A stretch of DNA of 59,643 nucleotides, the filler included. It is 6 parts of 6 records of this genome, joined end to end, with 100 filler letters (N's around TTAATTAATTAA, not from the genome) between each part and the next. Parts side by side here need not be neighbours in the genome. Positions count along the whole stretch, not along the records: positions 34,468 to 43,601 come from SRR31156797_18726; positions 43,702 to 52,490 come from SRR31156797_18740; 4 more parts are not named here. One strand, given 5' to 3'. This document shows positions 39,985 through 49,306 of this stretch, one piece after another; position 1 is the stretch's first letter, and every line of letters starts with the position of its first letter. The position numbers were made by a program, and so were the translations under genes. The notes below the pieces were generated by a model. That model saw nothing but the letters and a program-made list of their open reading frames with translations. It searched no databases and was not told the origin of the DNA.

Positions 39985-40772
39985 GAGGAAAGCCCCTCTC
40001 TCCGTACCTTTTCCATGGACAGCGACTCTATCATATTCCTGGTTATCCGGTGCTTCGGGTTCTGCAGCAAGCCGGGAGCCTTTCCTTCTTCTACGATCCG
40101 GCCGTCGGACATGACGACGATCCGATCGCTGAAGGCGCCCGCGAGTTCCAGATCATGAGTAATAAACAGATAGCTGAGTTTCAGCTCTTCCTGGATTCTC
40201 TTCAGCAGGTTAATAACCTGGGCCTGGACCGATACATCCAACATAGAGGTAGGTTCATCCAGAACGATCAATTCAGGCTTGAGAATCAGGGCTCGGGCCA
40301 CTACGACCCTCTGGAGCTGCCCTCCGCTGAGCTCATGGGGGTATCTGTTGAGTATCTCGCCGTGAAGGCCCACATGTTCCAGGAGGGTCCTGATAAAGTC
40401 ATACTCCTCCCTTCTGGAACAGATCCGGTGAATCCTTATCGCCTCAGCCAGGCTGTGGAACAGTTTGAACTGGGGATCCAGAGCGATATCGGGATGCTGG
40501 GAGACCATTTGAAGCCTGTTCCGGCAGGGCCGGAACGCCTTCCCCGATCGGCATCTGATCTCCTTGCCCTGCAGCCTGACAATCCCGGAATCGGCTCTTT
40601 CCAGTCCCAGAATGACGCGTCCCAGCGTTGTTTTCCCGCAGCCGCTTCGGCCTAAAACAGCCAGGGTTTCCCCTCTCTCGAGGTTGAGGGAGACACCGTC
40701 AAGAGCTTTCACCGACTGTTTGCGGAACACCCCCCGGGTGAATGTTTTGGAGACCGATCTCAGTTCAAGCAT
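39981..40772 (-). CDS. Peptide/nickel ABC ATPase (NikE/OppF-type)
   Basis: GRSGCGKT, YPHELSGGQLQR, LDEPTS. Confidence 0.93.
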   Translation of the reverse strand: MLELRSVSKTFTRGVFRKQSVKALDGVSLNLERGETLAVLGRSGCGKTTLGRVILGLERADSGIVRLQGKEIRCRSGKAFRPCRNRLQMVSQHPDIALDPQFKLFHSLAEAIRIHRICSRREEYDFIRTLLEHVGLHGEILNRYPHELSGGQLQRVVVARALILKPELIVLDEPTSMLDVSVQAQVINLLKRIQEELKLSYLFITHDLELAGAFSDRIVVMSDGRIVEEGKAPGLLQNPKHRITRNMIESLSMEKVRREGLSS

Positions 40773-41718
40773 GATCGCTCTCGTAGAGACAGCAGCTTAC
40801 CTTCCGGCCCTTTTCATCTGCGGCAGCTTCGGGATAATCGGTTTCGCAGACCCTTTTCTTCTTTGGACAGCGCGGATGGAAGGGACAGCCCCCGGGTATA
40901 TTCTCCATGGACGGGCTCATTCCCGGCATGGATTTGAATCCTCTCTCGGGCATGGCCGCCACAAGGCCTGAAGAGTAGGGATGGAAAGGGGTGTCGAAGA
41001 ACTCATTTGTCGGACCGGATTCAACGACCTTGCCGGCGTACATCACCACAATTTCATCGGAGATACTCTCTGCGAACTTCAAGTCATGTGTGATTATGAT
41101 AAGCCCGGCATTCGAAGTCTCCGCCACGTTAATAAGAAGAGAGGCGACGCTCTTTCTCAGCTCCGCATCCAGTCCTTTTGTAGGCTCGTCGGCTATGATC
41201 CACTCCGGATTCCGTACCATGGCGATTCCGCTGAGAACCCTCTGCTTCATCCCTCCGGAGAGCTGAAACGGGAAGTACTCTTCCTTATCCCTCAGATTCA
41301 GCTTTGACAGGATACCGAGTTTGCCATAGCTCTTCCTGCCGGAGTCCCTCCTGCCTTCCGCGGCCCTGAATGCTTCATAAATTTGTTTGTCAATTGAGTG
41401 TGTGGGGTTTAAGGACGCCCCTGGATTTTGAGGAATCAATGCGATCTCTTTGGACCGGATTGCGGACAGGTCATCCTTATTCAGAGTCAAAAGATCCCGG
41501 TCTCCGTACAGTACCCCTCCCTCTATAAGCGCATTTGCCGGAAGCAGTTTCAGGAGGGACATGGCCATCACCGATTTTCCGCAGCCCGTCTCACCTATGA
41601 CGGCGGTGATTTTATTTTTCCTGAATGAGAGAGACACGCCTCTTACCGCCTGTACTGACTCATGGGATGTCCGGAAGCTGACTTTCAGATCCTGAATGAT
41701 TATATCGCGTGAAGCCAT
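40765..41718 (-). CDS. Peptide/nickel ABC ATPase (NikD/OppD-type)
   Basis: GETGCGKS, LSGGMKQR, HPYS, GCPFHPRC. Confidence 0.93.
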   Translation of the reverse strand: MASRDIIIQDLKVSFRTSHESVQAVRGVSLSFRKNKITAVIGETGCGKSVMAMSLLKLLPANALIEGGVLYGDRDLLTLNKDDLSAIRSKEIALIPQNPGASLNPTHSIDKQIYEAFRAAEGRRDSGRKSYGKLGILSKLNLRDKEEYFPFQLSGGMKQRVLSGIAMVRNPEWIIADEPTKGLDAELRKSVASLLINVAETSNAGLIIITHDLKFAESISDEIVVMYAGKVVESGPTNEFFDTPFHPYSSGLVAAMPERGFKSMPGMSPSMENIPGGCPFHPRCPKKKRVCETDYPEAAADEKGRKVSCCLYESDHA

Positions 41719-41720
41719 TG

Positions 41721-42551
41721 CTACAGCCTCCTGCTGTCCAGACGGACGTCAAAGCAGTCTCTAAGGGCATCTCCCAGAATATTGATACAGAGACATGTGA
41801 GGAAAACAGCTAAACCGGGAGCGATGATCAACAAGGGAGCGCTTCGAAAATAGTCCAGAGCGTCCCGGGTCATCATACCCCAGTCCGGAACGGGAGGCTG
41901 AATACCAAAGCCCAAAAAACTCAGGGAGGCGATCGAAAGAACCGATGCGCTTACTCTGGTGGTAAACGCTACGATTATTTTCCCTGCCATATTGGGAACC
42001 AGATGTTTGAACAGTATCAAAAAATGGGACAAGCCCAGGAGCCTGAGGCCCTCGATAAAATCTTCTTCTCTCAGGCGGAGGGCTTCTCCCCGGACGATCC
42101 TGGAGAAACTGGTCCATGATGTGGCGACAAGGGCGATCAGGATACTCTTGATGCCCGGCCCCAGGGTGGCGCTCAAGGCCAGCATGACGACCAGAGAAGG
42201 AAGGCCCTGCATAATATTCGTGATAAACAGAAGTCCTGCATCGAGAGCCCTGCCGTAGTACCCCGCGTATATTCCGATGATCAATCCGACCAGCATACTG
42301 GCGGTACTGGCCAGGACCGCCAGGCCTATTGATCCTCTGCCGCCGTATAGTGTCCGTGCAAACAGATCTCGGCCCATTTGATCTGTCCCCAGGATATGTG
42401 CCCTCGTCGGAGGATCGAGCCTTGCCTTCAGATCAAGCTTCAGGGGGTCTTTATCGCTGATCAGTCCGGCAAAAGCAGTACTGCAGACGATCAGGGCCAG
42501 AAAGAAGAGCGCTCCGGCCGCCTGTTTTGTCAGAAACCTTTTTGTTATCAT
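41721..42551 (-). CDS. Peptide/nickel ABC permease (NikC/OppC-type)
   Basis: HILGTDQMGRD, LSFLGFGIQPP.PDWG, GDALRD. Confidence 0.93.
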   Translation of the reverse strand: MITKRFLTKQAAGALFFLALIVCSTAFAGLISDKDPLKLDLKARLDPPTRAHILGTDQMGRDLFARTLYGGRGSIGLAVLASTASMLVGLIIGIYAGYYGRALDAGLLFITNIMQGLPSLVVMLALSATLGPGIKSILIALVATSWTSFSRIVRGEALRLREEDFIEGLRLLGLSHFLILFKHLVPNMAGKIIVAFTTRVSASVLSIASLSFLGFGIQPPVPDWGMMTRDALDYFRSAPLLIIAPGLAVFLTCLCINILGDALRDCFDVRLDSRRL

Positions 42552-43501
42552 TCCGGAGACTCTCCCAGACGCAGTTTCGGATTCAGATAGAGATAGATCA
42601 AGTCAATCAGAAGATTGACCAGTACAAAGATGAAGCCGGTAAGCAGAACATATGCCTGAACGACGGGGTAATCTCTGTTGAGAATACCCTGCACGGCATA
42701 CTGCCCGATTCCCGGTATGGCAAAGATCGTCTCGACAATAACCGTACCGCCCAGGATATGCCCCCAGTAGGTTCCCAGTACGGTCACAACCGGCATCAGG
42801 GCATTTCGGAAGCCATGGTTCAGAATTATTCCGGAAGAAGGAAGACCTTTTGATTCGGCGGTCGTTATATAGGGTTTGTGAAGCTCATCCAGGAGACTGG
42901 CCCTGAATATTCTAATGGCTGACCCGGAAGTTCCGGCGGAAGCGACGAGGGACGGCAGGATATAGTGCCTGAAACTCCCCAGTCCCGATGTGGGCAGCCA
43001 GCCCAGCTTTTCCGAAAAAAGGGAGATGGCCACAATGGCCAGCCAGAAGCCGGGAATAGAGATCAGCAGCAAAGAGAAAACCCGGCCGAGTTTATCCGTA
43101 AGCGTATAGGCGAAGCATACCGAAAGATAGCCGCCGGTCAGACCGATACAGCTGGCTATCCCAAGAGCCGTTACGGCCAGTACAACAGTCCGGGACAACC
43201 GGTTCAGGATCTCCTTTCCGATGGGTCTTCCATCGTAAAAAGATCTTCCGAAATCGGCTTTTATCACCGAAAACAGCCACCTCCCGTATTGGGTATACAG
43301 GGGCTCGTTCAGTCCCAGCACCTCTCTTGTTTCTGCGATCTCCTGTTCGGTCGGTTCTACCAAACCGTCTGCGACCAGAATGAAGTAGGCTGGATCCCCG
43401 GGAGACGCCACACCCAGCAGGAACGCGAACAGGGAAATACAAATGCACACCGGAATGATGAAAAGCAGTTTTTTAACTATATATCGAAAGGTATGACCCA
43501 T
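42548..43501 (-). CDS. Peptide/nickel ABC permease (NikB/OppB-type)
   Basis: SPGDPA, DFGRSF, SIPGFWLA, VETIFAIPGIG, RDYPVVQ. Confidence 0.93.
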   Translation of the reverse strand: MGHTFRYIVKKLLFIIPVCICISLFAFLLGVASPGDPAYFILVADGLVEPTEQEIAETREVLGLNEPLYTQYGRWLFSVIKADFGRSFYDGRPIGKEILNRLSRTVVLAVTALGIASCIGLTGGYLSVCFAYTLTDKLGRVFSLLLISIPGFWLAIVAISLFSEKLGWLPTSGLGSFRHYILPSLVASAGTSGSAIRIFRASLLDELHKPYITTAESKGLPSSGIILNHGFRNALMPVVTVLGTYWGHILGGTVIVETIFAIPGIGQYAVQGILNRDYPVVQAYVLLTGFIFVLVNLLIDLIYLYLNPKLRLGESPE

Positions 43502-43528
43502 TATCCCAGCCTGATTATAAAATCAATG

Positions 43529-43559
43529 AGCCGGCAGGTAGAGTATAACCCTACCGGCT
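43529..43559 (-). other. Intergenic RNA stem-loop upstream of the permease
   Basis: GGUAGGGU-UAU-ACUCUACC 8-bp stem on the minus strand, typical after substrate-binding protein genes. Confidence 0.5.
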
Positions 43560-43571
43560 TAACATATGAAC

Positions 43572-43601
43572 TTATCTGACCCAATGGGCCTTATCCAAAG
43601 A
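43572..43601 (-). CDS. 3' end of upstream gene, probably the ABC substrate-binding protein
   Basis: Reads SLDKAHWVR* to the contig edge; identity inferred from position only. Confidence 0.35.
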   Translation of the reverse strand, partial: SLDKAHWVR

Positions 43602-43701
43602 NNNNNNNNNNNNNNNNNNNNNNNNNNNNNNNNNNNNNNNNNNNNTTAATTAATTAANNNNNNNNNNNNNNNNNNNNNNNNNNNNNNNNNNNNNNNNNNN
43701 N
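43602..43701. other. Artificial contig linker
   Basis: 44 N + TTAATTAATTAA + 44 N. Confidence 0.98.
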
Positions 43702-44386
43702 TATCGGAGGCCAGAAAACATACCAAATTAGCCACTTCATCCATCACGCCCAATCGTTTGGCCGGGATGCTCTTAAGGGCGTTATCCCTGATTACTTCAG
43801 GCATTTTTGAAACCAGTTCCGTTTCGATGAGACCGGGCAAAACGGCATTGCAGGTTATGCCGTTTCCGGCCTGTTCCAGGGCGATGGTTTTGGTCAGGCC
43901 CAGCAGTCCTGCCTTGCTGGCCGCGTACCCGCACTGAAAATGAAGCCCGCCGGTCGCGCCCAGGGAAGAAAAATTGATAATCCTCCCCCATTGCTTTTGG
44001 ATCATGGGTTCTATTACGGCTTTTATCATGTTAAAAGCGCCGGTCAGGTTAACGGAAATTTCCCACGTCCATTTTTCATAGGTCATTTTAGTGAAAGGAG
44101 CAATATTGTTTACAATACCGGCGTTATTGACCAGTACTTCAATATCGCCCCATTTTTGGCAAATGACGGCCATGTGTTCATTCACCTTGGTAGGGTCTGA
44201 GATATCAAAAGCATCGGACAGGGCCTTTCCGCCGTTTTTCCGGATCAATTCGGCGACGGCCTCAACATCCGGGTTGATATCAACCAAAACCACCCGTGCG
44301 CCTTCATCAGCTGCCATTAAGGCGGTCGCCCGCCCGATTCCCCGTGCGCAGCCGGTGATCAGGACATTTTTATCTTTGAGCAACAT
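43702..44386 (-). CDS. SDR oxidoreductase, FabG-like (3'-truncated)
   Basis: TGCARGIG, NNAGI, YAASK; ATG 44386 with GGGGGA RBS. Confidence 0.92.
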
Positions 44387-44415
44387 TTGATTCCCCCAAT
44401 TTGGTAAATTGGAAT

Positions 44416-44469
44416 AGCGCAACCCAACATACTGATATCGTCGGGTTACGCTGCGCTAACTCAACCTAC
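44416..44469 (-). repeat. GTAG-type REP with partial inverted partner (REPIN remnant)
   Basis: Minus strand GTAG-GTTGAGTTA-GCGCAGCG-TAACCCGAC (44469-44440); AGCGCAACCCAAC at 44416-44428 is an 11/13 inverted copy of its 3' half. Confidence 0.65.
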
Positions 44470-44493
44470 AAGATGCGATTTATGCATTCATTC

Positions 44494-45384
44494 CTATTCA
44501 GGCACGCCAAACGGCTTTTCTGATTTGGGCGCCTGGGAATAGTCGCCGAAGGGTGCATCCCTTTTGGCAATAGCGGCGGCCACGCCCTGTTCTTTTGACG
44601 TCTTAACGAAATCGAGCCCTTCCGGCGTATTTCTCATGTATCCATCCAGAATGGATCCCATAACCTGAGTGGTCTGCAGTCCCATGTTGTCATAAGCCTG
44701 GTTAACGATCAACTTCATTGCCGCCAACTGTGTGACCGGACACTGGGCCAAACGCTCCGCCCAGTATTGAACTTCATCATTGAGTTTTTCTATGGGGACG
44801 GCGCGGTTGATCAGGCCGATTTCATGGGCCTGCTTTCCGGACAGCCAGTCGCCGGTCAAGGCCAGTTCCTTTGTTTTGGTCAACCCAAGCCTGTAAAACC
44901 AGAGACCGGTCAGGTAACAGCCCCATACTCTTGAATAGGGCGTTCCAATCCGGGCGTCTTCCGATGCAATAACGATATCGGACAAAAGGGCCATGTCCGA
45001 TCCGCCCCCCACGCACCAACCGTGAATCCTGGCGATAACCGGCTTGGGACTGCGCCAAATCCCCATGAATTTTGGAACAGGGCCGGTAAATGGATTGGTA
45101 ACCATCATCATATCTTTTCCGGGATCCCACTGCTCGGCATCGGGATCTCCGCCCCAGCCTTCAAAATGATCCAGGTCATCAGAAAAATCAAACCCGGCGC
45201 AAAAGGCCTTTCCCGCTCCCTGAAGAATTATTACCCGGACGTCCTTGTCGGAATTGGCTTCTTTCAATGCAAGTTCCAACTCATCGGTCATGGGCGGTTT
45301 AATGGTATTAAACTTTTCCGGCCGGTTAAAAGTAATGGTCGCAATTTTATCATTTTTTTCATATAGAATTGTTTCGTAACTCAT
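44494..45384 (-). CDS. Crotonase/enoyl-CoA hydratase family protein
   Basis: ITFNRPEK, AFCAGFD, PKPVIARIHGWCVGGG. Confidence 0.92.
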   Translation of the reverse strand: MSYETILYEKNDKIATITFNRPEKFNTIKPPMTDELELALKEANSDKDVRVIILQGAGKAFCAGFDFSDDLDHFEGWGGDPDAEQWDPGKDMMMVTNPFTGPVPKFMGIWRSPKPVIARIHGWCVGGGSDMALLSDIVIASEDARIGTPYSRVWGCYLTGLWFYRLGLTKTKELALTGDWLSGKQAHEIGLINRAVPIEKLNDEVQYWAERLAQCPVTQLAAMKLIVNQAYDNMGLQTTQVMGSILDGYMRNTPEGLDFVKTSKEQGVAAAIAKRDAPFGDYSQAPKSEKPFGVPE

Positions 45385-45490
45385 CTTTGCTCCTCATAAA
45401 TTAATCATTTTTCATATTTTTTAACCAGCCTGAGACGGCCGGTTTCGCAAGCATTTTAATAATCGCCCTGGAACCGAAACAACGGAAATA

Positions 45491-46255
45491 CTAATCCCGA
45501 ATTCCTGCGCCGCCGTCTATCGGGATGGACGCCCCAACCAGGTAGTCGCTGGCCCCGGAAGCCAGAAAGACCGCCAGCCCCTGAATCTCTTCCACCTGGG
45601 CGAATCTGCCGATCGGTATCATTTTCTTGATATTTTTCATCATGGCTTCCTTGATTTTCGGGGCGAGATTTGTATCGAAAAACCCGGGGCATATTTCATT
45701 GACCTTTATATTATGTCTGATCAATTCCAGGGCCATGACCCGGGTCAGCATATGGGCGCCTCCCTTGGAAGAGCAATAGTCGCCGCTGTTTTGAAGCGGC
45801 TTATAGGAGGCCACCGACGTGATATTGATGATTTTGCCTTCTCCCTGCTTGATCATTTCCCTGGCCGCGGCTCTGGAACAATAGAACATTCCGGATTGAT
45901 TAACGGCCAGAGTTTGATTCCATTCTTCATCGGACAGGTTAACCAATGGCTTGGCCGCTCCGGATATACCCGCGTTATTGAAAAGGATATCGATTCGATT
46001 GAATTTGTCCATGCAGGTTTTTATCAGGGAATCCGCATCCTTGCTGCTGCCGACATCGCATCTGAAGGGTATGGCCCTGACGCCGGTTTTGCTTAATTCC
46101 CCGCAAGTTTCATTGGCCTGCTGTTCATCCAGATCCCCTATGACGATATCGGCCCCGGCGCCGGCAAGACCGGCGGCGATAGCCCGCCCAATACCCCGGG
46201 CGCCGCCTGTAATGACGGCTGTTTTTCCATCAAGATCAAAGATTCGGTTTTCCAT
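45491..46255 (-). CDS. SDR oxidoreductase (KduD/Gno-like)
   Basis: TGGARGIG, NNAGI, YCSSK, IDGG. Confidence 0.92.
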   Translation of the reverse strand: MENRIFDLDGKTAVITGGARGIGRAIAAGLAGAGADIVIGDLDEQQANETCGELSKTGVRAIPFRCDVGSSKDADSLIKTCMDKFNRIDILFNNAGISGAAKPLVNLSDEEWNQTLAVNQSGMFYCSRAAAREMIKQGEGKIINITSVASYKPLQNSGDYCSSKGGAHMLTRVMALELIRHNIKVNEICPGFFDTNLAPKIKEAMMKNIKKMIPIGRFAQVEEIQGLAVFLASGASDYLVGASIPIDGGAGIRD

Positions 46256-46349
46256 CAATTCCTCGCCTGATAAGGTTTTCTTCGGGCTCCCCTTCCTTAA
46301 TTATTGAAGAGGAGCCTCTGTTAAGGTGGTTTACATTAATCCTTAAAAA

Positions 46350-47159
46350 CTAAAGATCTGTTTTATTTTTCCCAACGCGCCCCTTGTCCGTTTTTTTGGC
46401 AAAATTACTCAACAACTCGGCTACCGGCGGATTTGCTATTCCGGAGTATCCCGTCATGGCTTCATAAGCCAGTTGATCGTCCAGGGGCCGGCCAATAACG
46501 TTCATGATCGTTTCCTTGGCGGAACGAATCGCCCAAGTGTCGTTGCGCAAGATAAACGCCGCCATTTTTTCCGCTTCTTCCATAAGTTTGTCATGAGGGA
46601 CGACTCGGGAAACCAGGTTGCATTGCAGCGCTCTTTGGGCGTCAATTGGTTCGGCAGTCAACAACAGCTCCATGGCGATGCCCACTCCGCAGACGTTTAC
46701 CAGCCGGACGATCCCTCCGTCGCCGTGGTGATATCCCCTACGGGCCTCGAAAGAACCGAACTTGGCATTTTCCGAGGCAATTCGGATGTCGCAGGCCAGG
46801 GCTGTTTCCAAGCCTCCGGCCAGGGCCCAGCCGTTGATCGCGCCGATAATCGGTTTGTATATTCGATGAAGCCCCCGGGTGATTCCGCCGAATCCGTCCT
46901 TGATTTTTTGCCGGGGAAACAAGGCGTTGTTTTGGGAAAGCCAGTGAGCGGCCAGGGTTTTAAGATCCGCGCCCGCACAAAAGGCTTCATCTCCCGTTCC
47001 CGTAACAATTGCCAGCTCCAGGCTGTCGTCCCGATCGAAATCCTCCCATGTTTCCCATAACAAGCCGTGAGTTTCGAGGTCAATGGCATTCATGGCTTCA
47101 GGCCGGTTTATGGTGATATAGGCGATTTTATTCTTTTTTTCATAAATTACCTTGGGCAT
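46350..47159 (-). CDS. Enoyl-CoA hydratase/isomerase
   Basis: AFCAGADL, GGLETAL and FEARRG (both catalytic Glu positions). Confidence 0.93.
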   Translation of the reverse strand: MPKVIYEKKNKIAYITINRPEAMNAIDLETHGLLWETWEDFDRDDSLELAIVTGTGDEAFCAGADLKTLAAHWLSQNNALFPRQKIKDGFGGITRGLHRIYKPIIGAINGWALAGGLETALACDIRIASENAKFGSFEARRGYHHGDGGIVRLVNVCGVGIAMELLLTAEPIDAQRALQCNLVSRVVPHDKLMEEAEKMAAFILRNDTWAIRSAKETIMNVIGRPLDDQLAYEAMTGYSGIANPPVAELLSNFAKKTDKGRVGKNKTDL

Positions 47160-47254
47160 TGTTCTTTCCTTATTATAATTCTTGTAAGAAGCTTTATAAA
47201 CATCAACCTCGATTTGGAATCGCTCGTTGCATGTTTGCTGAAGCGGGGTTAATC

Positions 47255-48832
47255 CTAATTATTCTGAAGGAAATTATCCTTGAGAACCCGCTTAAGCAGT
47301 TTACCGTTGGCCGACATGGGAAAACTTTCCACGAAATAAACGTTTTTAGGAACTTTGTAACCGGCCAGGTTCTCTTTACAATAAGAAATGACCTCCTCGG
47401 GGGCGGCTTCCGTTCCGGGATTCAGCATGACAAAGGCCGACACCGCTTCAATCCAATAATCGTCCGGCAAGCCGATCACGGCGACCTGGGCGACCTTTTC
47501 GTGTCTCAGTAAAATCCCTTCAACTTCCTGGGCTGATACGTTCTCGCCGCCGGATTTGATCATATCTTTCTTTCTGTCCACAAAATGAACATATCCGTCT
47601 TCATCCTTGTAACCCAAATCCCCGGAATGGAGCCATCCGCCGGCCAGGGCGGCATTGGTCTTTTCTTCATTTCGCCAATACCCGGTCATGACTGACGGCC
47701 CGCGCATGACCAATTCGCCGATCTTGCCGGGCGGCAATTCATTGTTATCGTCGTCAAAAACCTTAACGGTTAATGTGGTGTCGGGAATCCCGATCGAACT
47801 GATCTTTTCTTCGAAATTTTCGGGAACCGATGTCGTGCCCAGGGGAGAGCTTTCGGTTTGCCCCCAATAGTTGCGCCAATCAAGGTCCGGTTTGATCTTT
47901 TTCCATTTTTCCAAAATAACCGGTTGCATGACCGCTCCAAAGGAGATGCATTTTTTCAGGGATGAGAGATCAAACGATTCAAAGCCGGGAACCGTGGGCA
48001 AGGCCTGATATAGAGTAGGCGGATAAACCCACATGGTGACTTTATCCGAAACTGTTCGTTTCAACGTAACCATTGGATCAGGGGCGTATTCAACAATGGC
48101 TTTCATCCCGAACGTGATTGCTCCAAACAAAATTGTAGTCCCCGCCACATGAAACATGGGGATATCGATTATGATGACGTCGTCTCCTTTAAAATCACAA
48201 TCGCTGGCCAGATGCATCATGCTCATGTAGTAGGCGAGATGACTGGTCATGACCCCCTTGGGGAAGCTTTCCGTTCCAGTCGTATACATAAGGGTGGCCG
48301 TGTCGTCGGAATTAATAATTGCTTCCGGTTCCGAAGCCGGAAATTTGCCGCTGAAAAAGGAATCCACTTCCAGCCAGCCGTCCGGTTTTTCTCCGTCTTT
48401 TTTGAAATCAAACCAGCCGAAATGCTCAATGCCTGGAATATCCTGCATAACAGCCGTCACTTCAGGGATCAGGGAGTCTTCCACCAGCAGCATTTTGGGT
48501 TCGGAGTCGTTAATGATAAAAGAAATCTCGTCGCCCTTCAGCATGAAATTCAGCGGCACCGGGACGGCTCCGATTTTGGCAAGGCCCATACGGCAATAAA
48601 TGTAGTTCAAGCAATTGTGAGTAAAAAAGGCCACGCGGTCGCCGTTTTTCACCCCGAGTTCAAGAAATGCATTGGCCGCCTGGCAGCTTTTTTCATTCAG
48701 CGCCTTAAAACTGATCTCATCCTGCCCGGAAACAAGGGCGATTCTGTTCCCAAATCTTTCAGCCGACCTCGTTACCAGGTCGCCAATGACGGCTCTTCTC
48801 AATTGATTCTCTTGGAGTTCATTCATTTTCAT
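47255..48832 (-). CDS. Acyl-CoA synthetase (AMP-binding)
   Basis: YTTGTESFPKG, YWGQTE, GWLHSGDLG, SANGKLLK. Confidence 0.94.
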   Translation of the reverse strand: MKMNELQENQLRRAVIGDLVTRSAERFGNRIALVSGQDEISFKALNEKSCQAANAFLELGVKNGDRVAFFTHNCLNYIYCRMGLAKIGAVPVPLNFMLKGDEISFIINDSEPKMLLVEDSLIPEVTAVMQDIPGIEHFGWFDFKKDGEKPDGWLEVDSFFSGKFPASEPEAIINSDDTATLMYTTGTESFPKGVMTSHLAYYMSMMHLASDCDFKGDDVIIIDIPMFHVAGTTILFGAITFGMKAIVEYAPDPMVTLKRTVSDKVTMWVYPPTLYQALPTVPGFESFDLSSLKKCISFGAVMQPVILEKWKKIKPDLDWRNYWGQTESSPLGTTSVPENFEEKISSIGIPDTTLTVKVFDDDNNELPPGKIGELVMRGPSVMTGYWRNEEKTNAALAGGWLHSGDLGYKDEDGYVHFVDRKKDMIKSGGENVSAQEVEGILLRHEKVAQVAVIGLPDDYWIEAVSAFVMLNPGTEAAPEEVISYCKENLAGYKVPKNVYFVESFPMSANGKLLKRVLKDNFLQNN

Positions 48833-49099
48833 ACTTCCTCCTTTTCTCCGGAATTAAACCGTGTCACTGTTGGTTGATAAAACTACCCTAAACCCCGGTC
48901 ATCGATGAAATTGACCCAGGCGCCGCCTGACGATCTTAAAGACGACCCGCTCATGCGCATCCAATTGAATGCCTTTCGCTTTCAAATTGCGGCCATATTC
49001 GGCGCCGCCGAAAATGACCTGAATAAACATTTGACGGATTCTCACGGAATTAAAATTCCCAACAATATCTTCAGACATATTTGGTCATTTGTTCAAAGA

Positions 49100-49129
49100 A
49101 ATATACATACTCCATCGAACCAATGTCAA
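49100..49129 (-). promoter_or_regulatory. Probable sigma70 promoter of the acyl-CoA operon
   Basis: Minus strand TTGACA-N18-TATATT. Confidence 0.45.
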
Positions 49130-49306
49130 CTTCTTTTTATTAATTATTTTAATTTAATTATTTCAGATTATTATAAAGCTATCACACAATCTGCATTGAA
49201 TGCCCATCCAACGCAATTGCGCTTATTTGGGCGAAATGAAACAACTTGAAAACCTTCATATTCACAATTTTAATCCATTTTTCTGAACACTTGCCCAATT
49301 TTATTT

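Noticed and set aside
48899-49249. 114-aa plus-strand ORF (48905) and a 59-aa minus-strand ORF in the ligase leader
   Set aside because: No recognisable motifs or clear RBS; they overlap a promoter-like AT-rich region.
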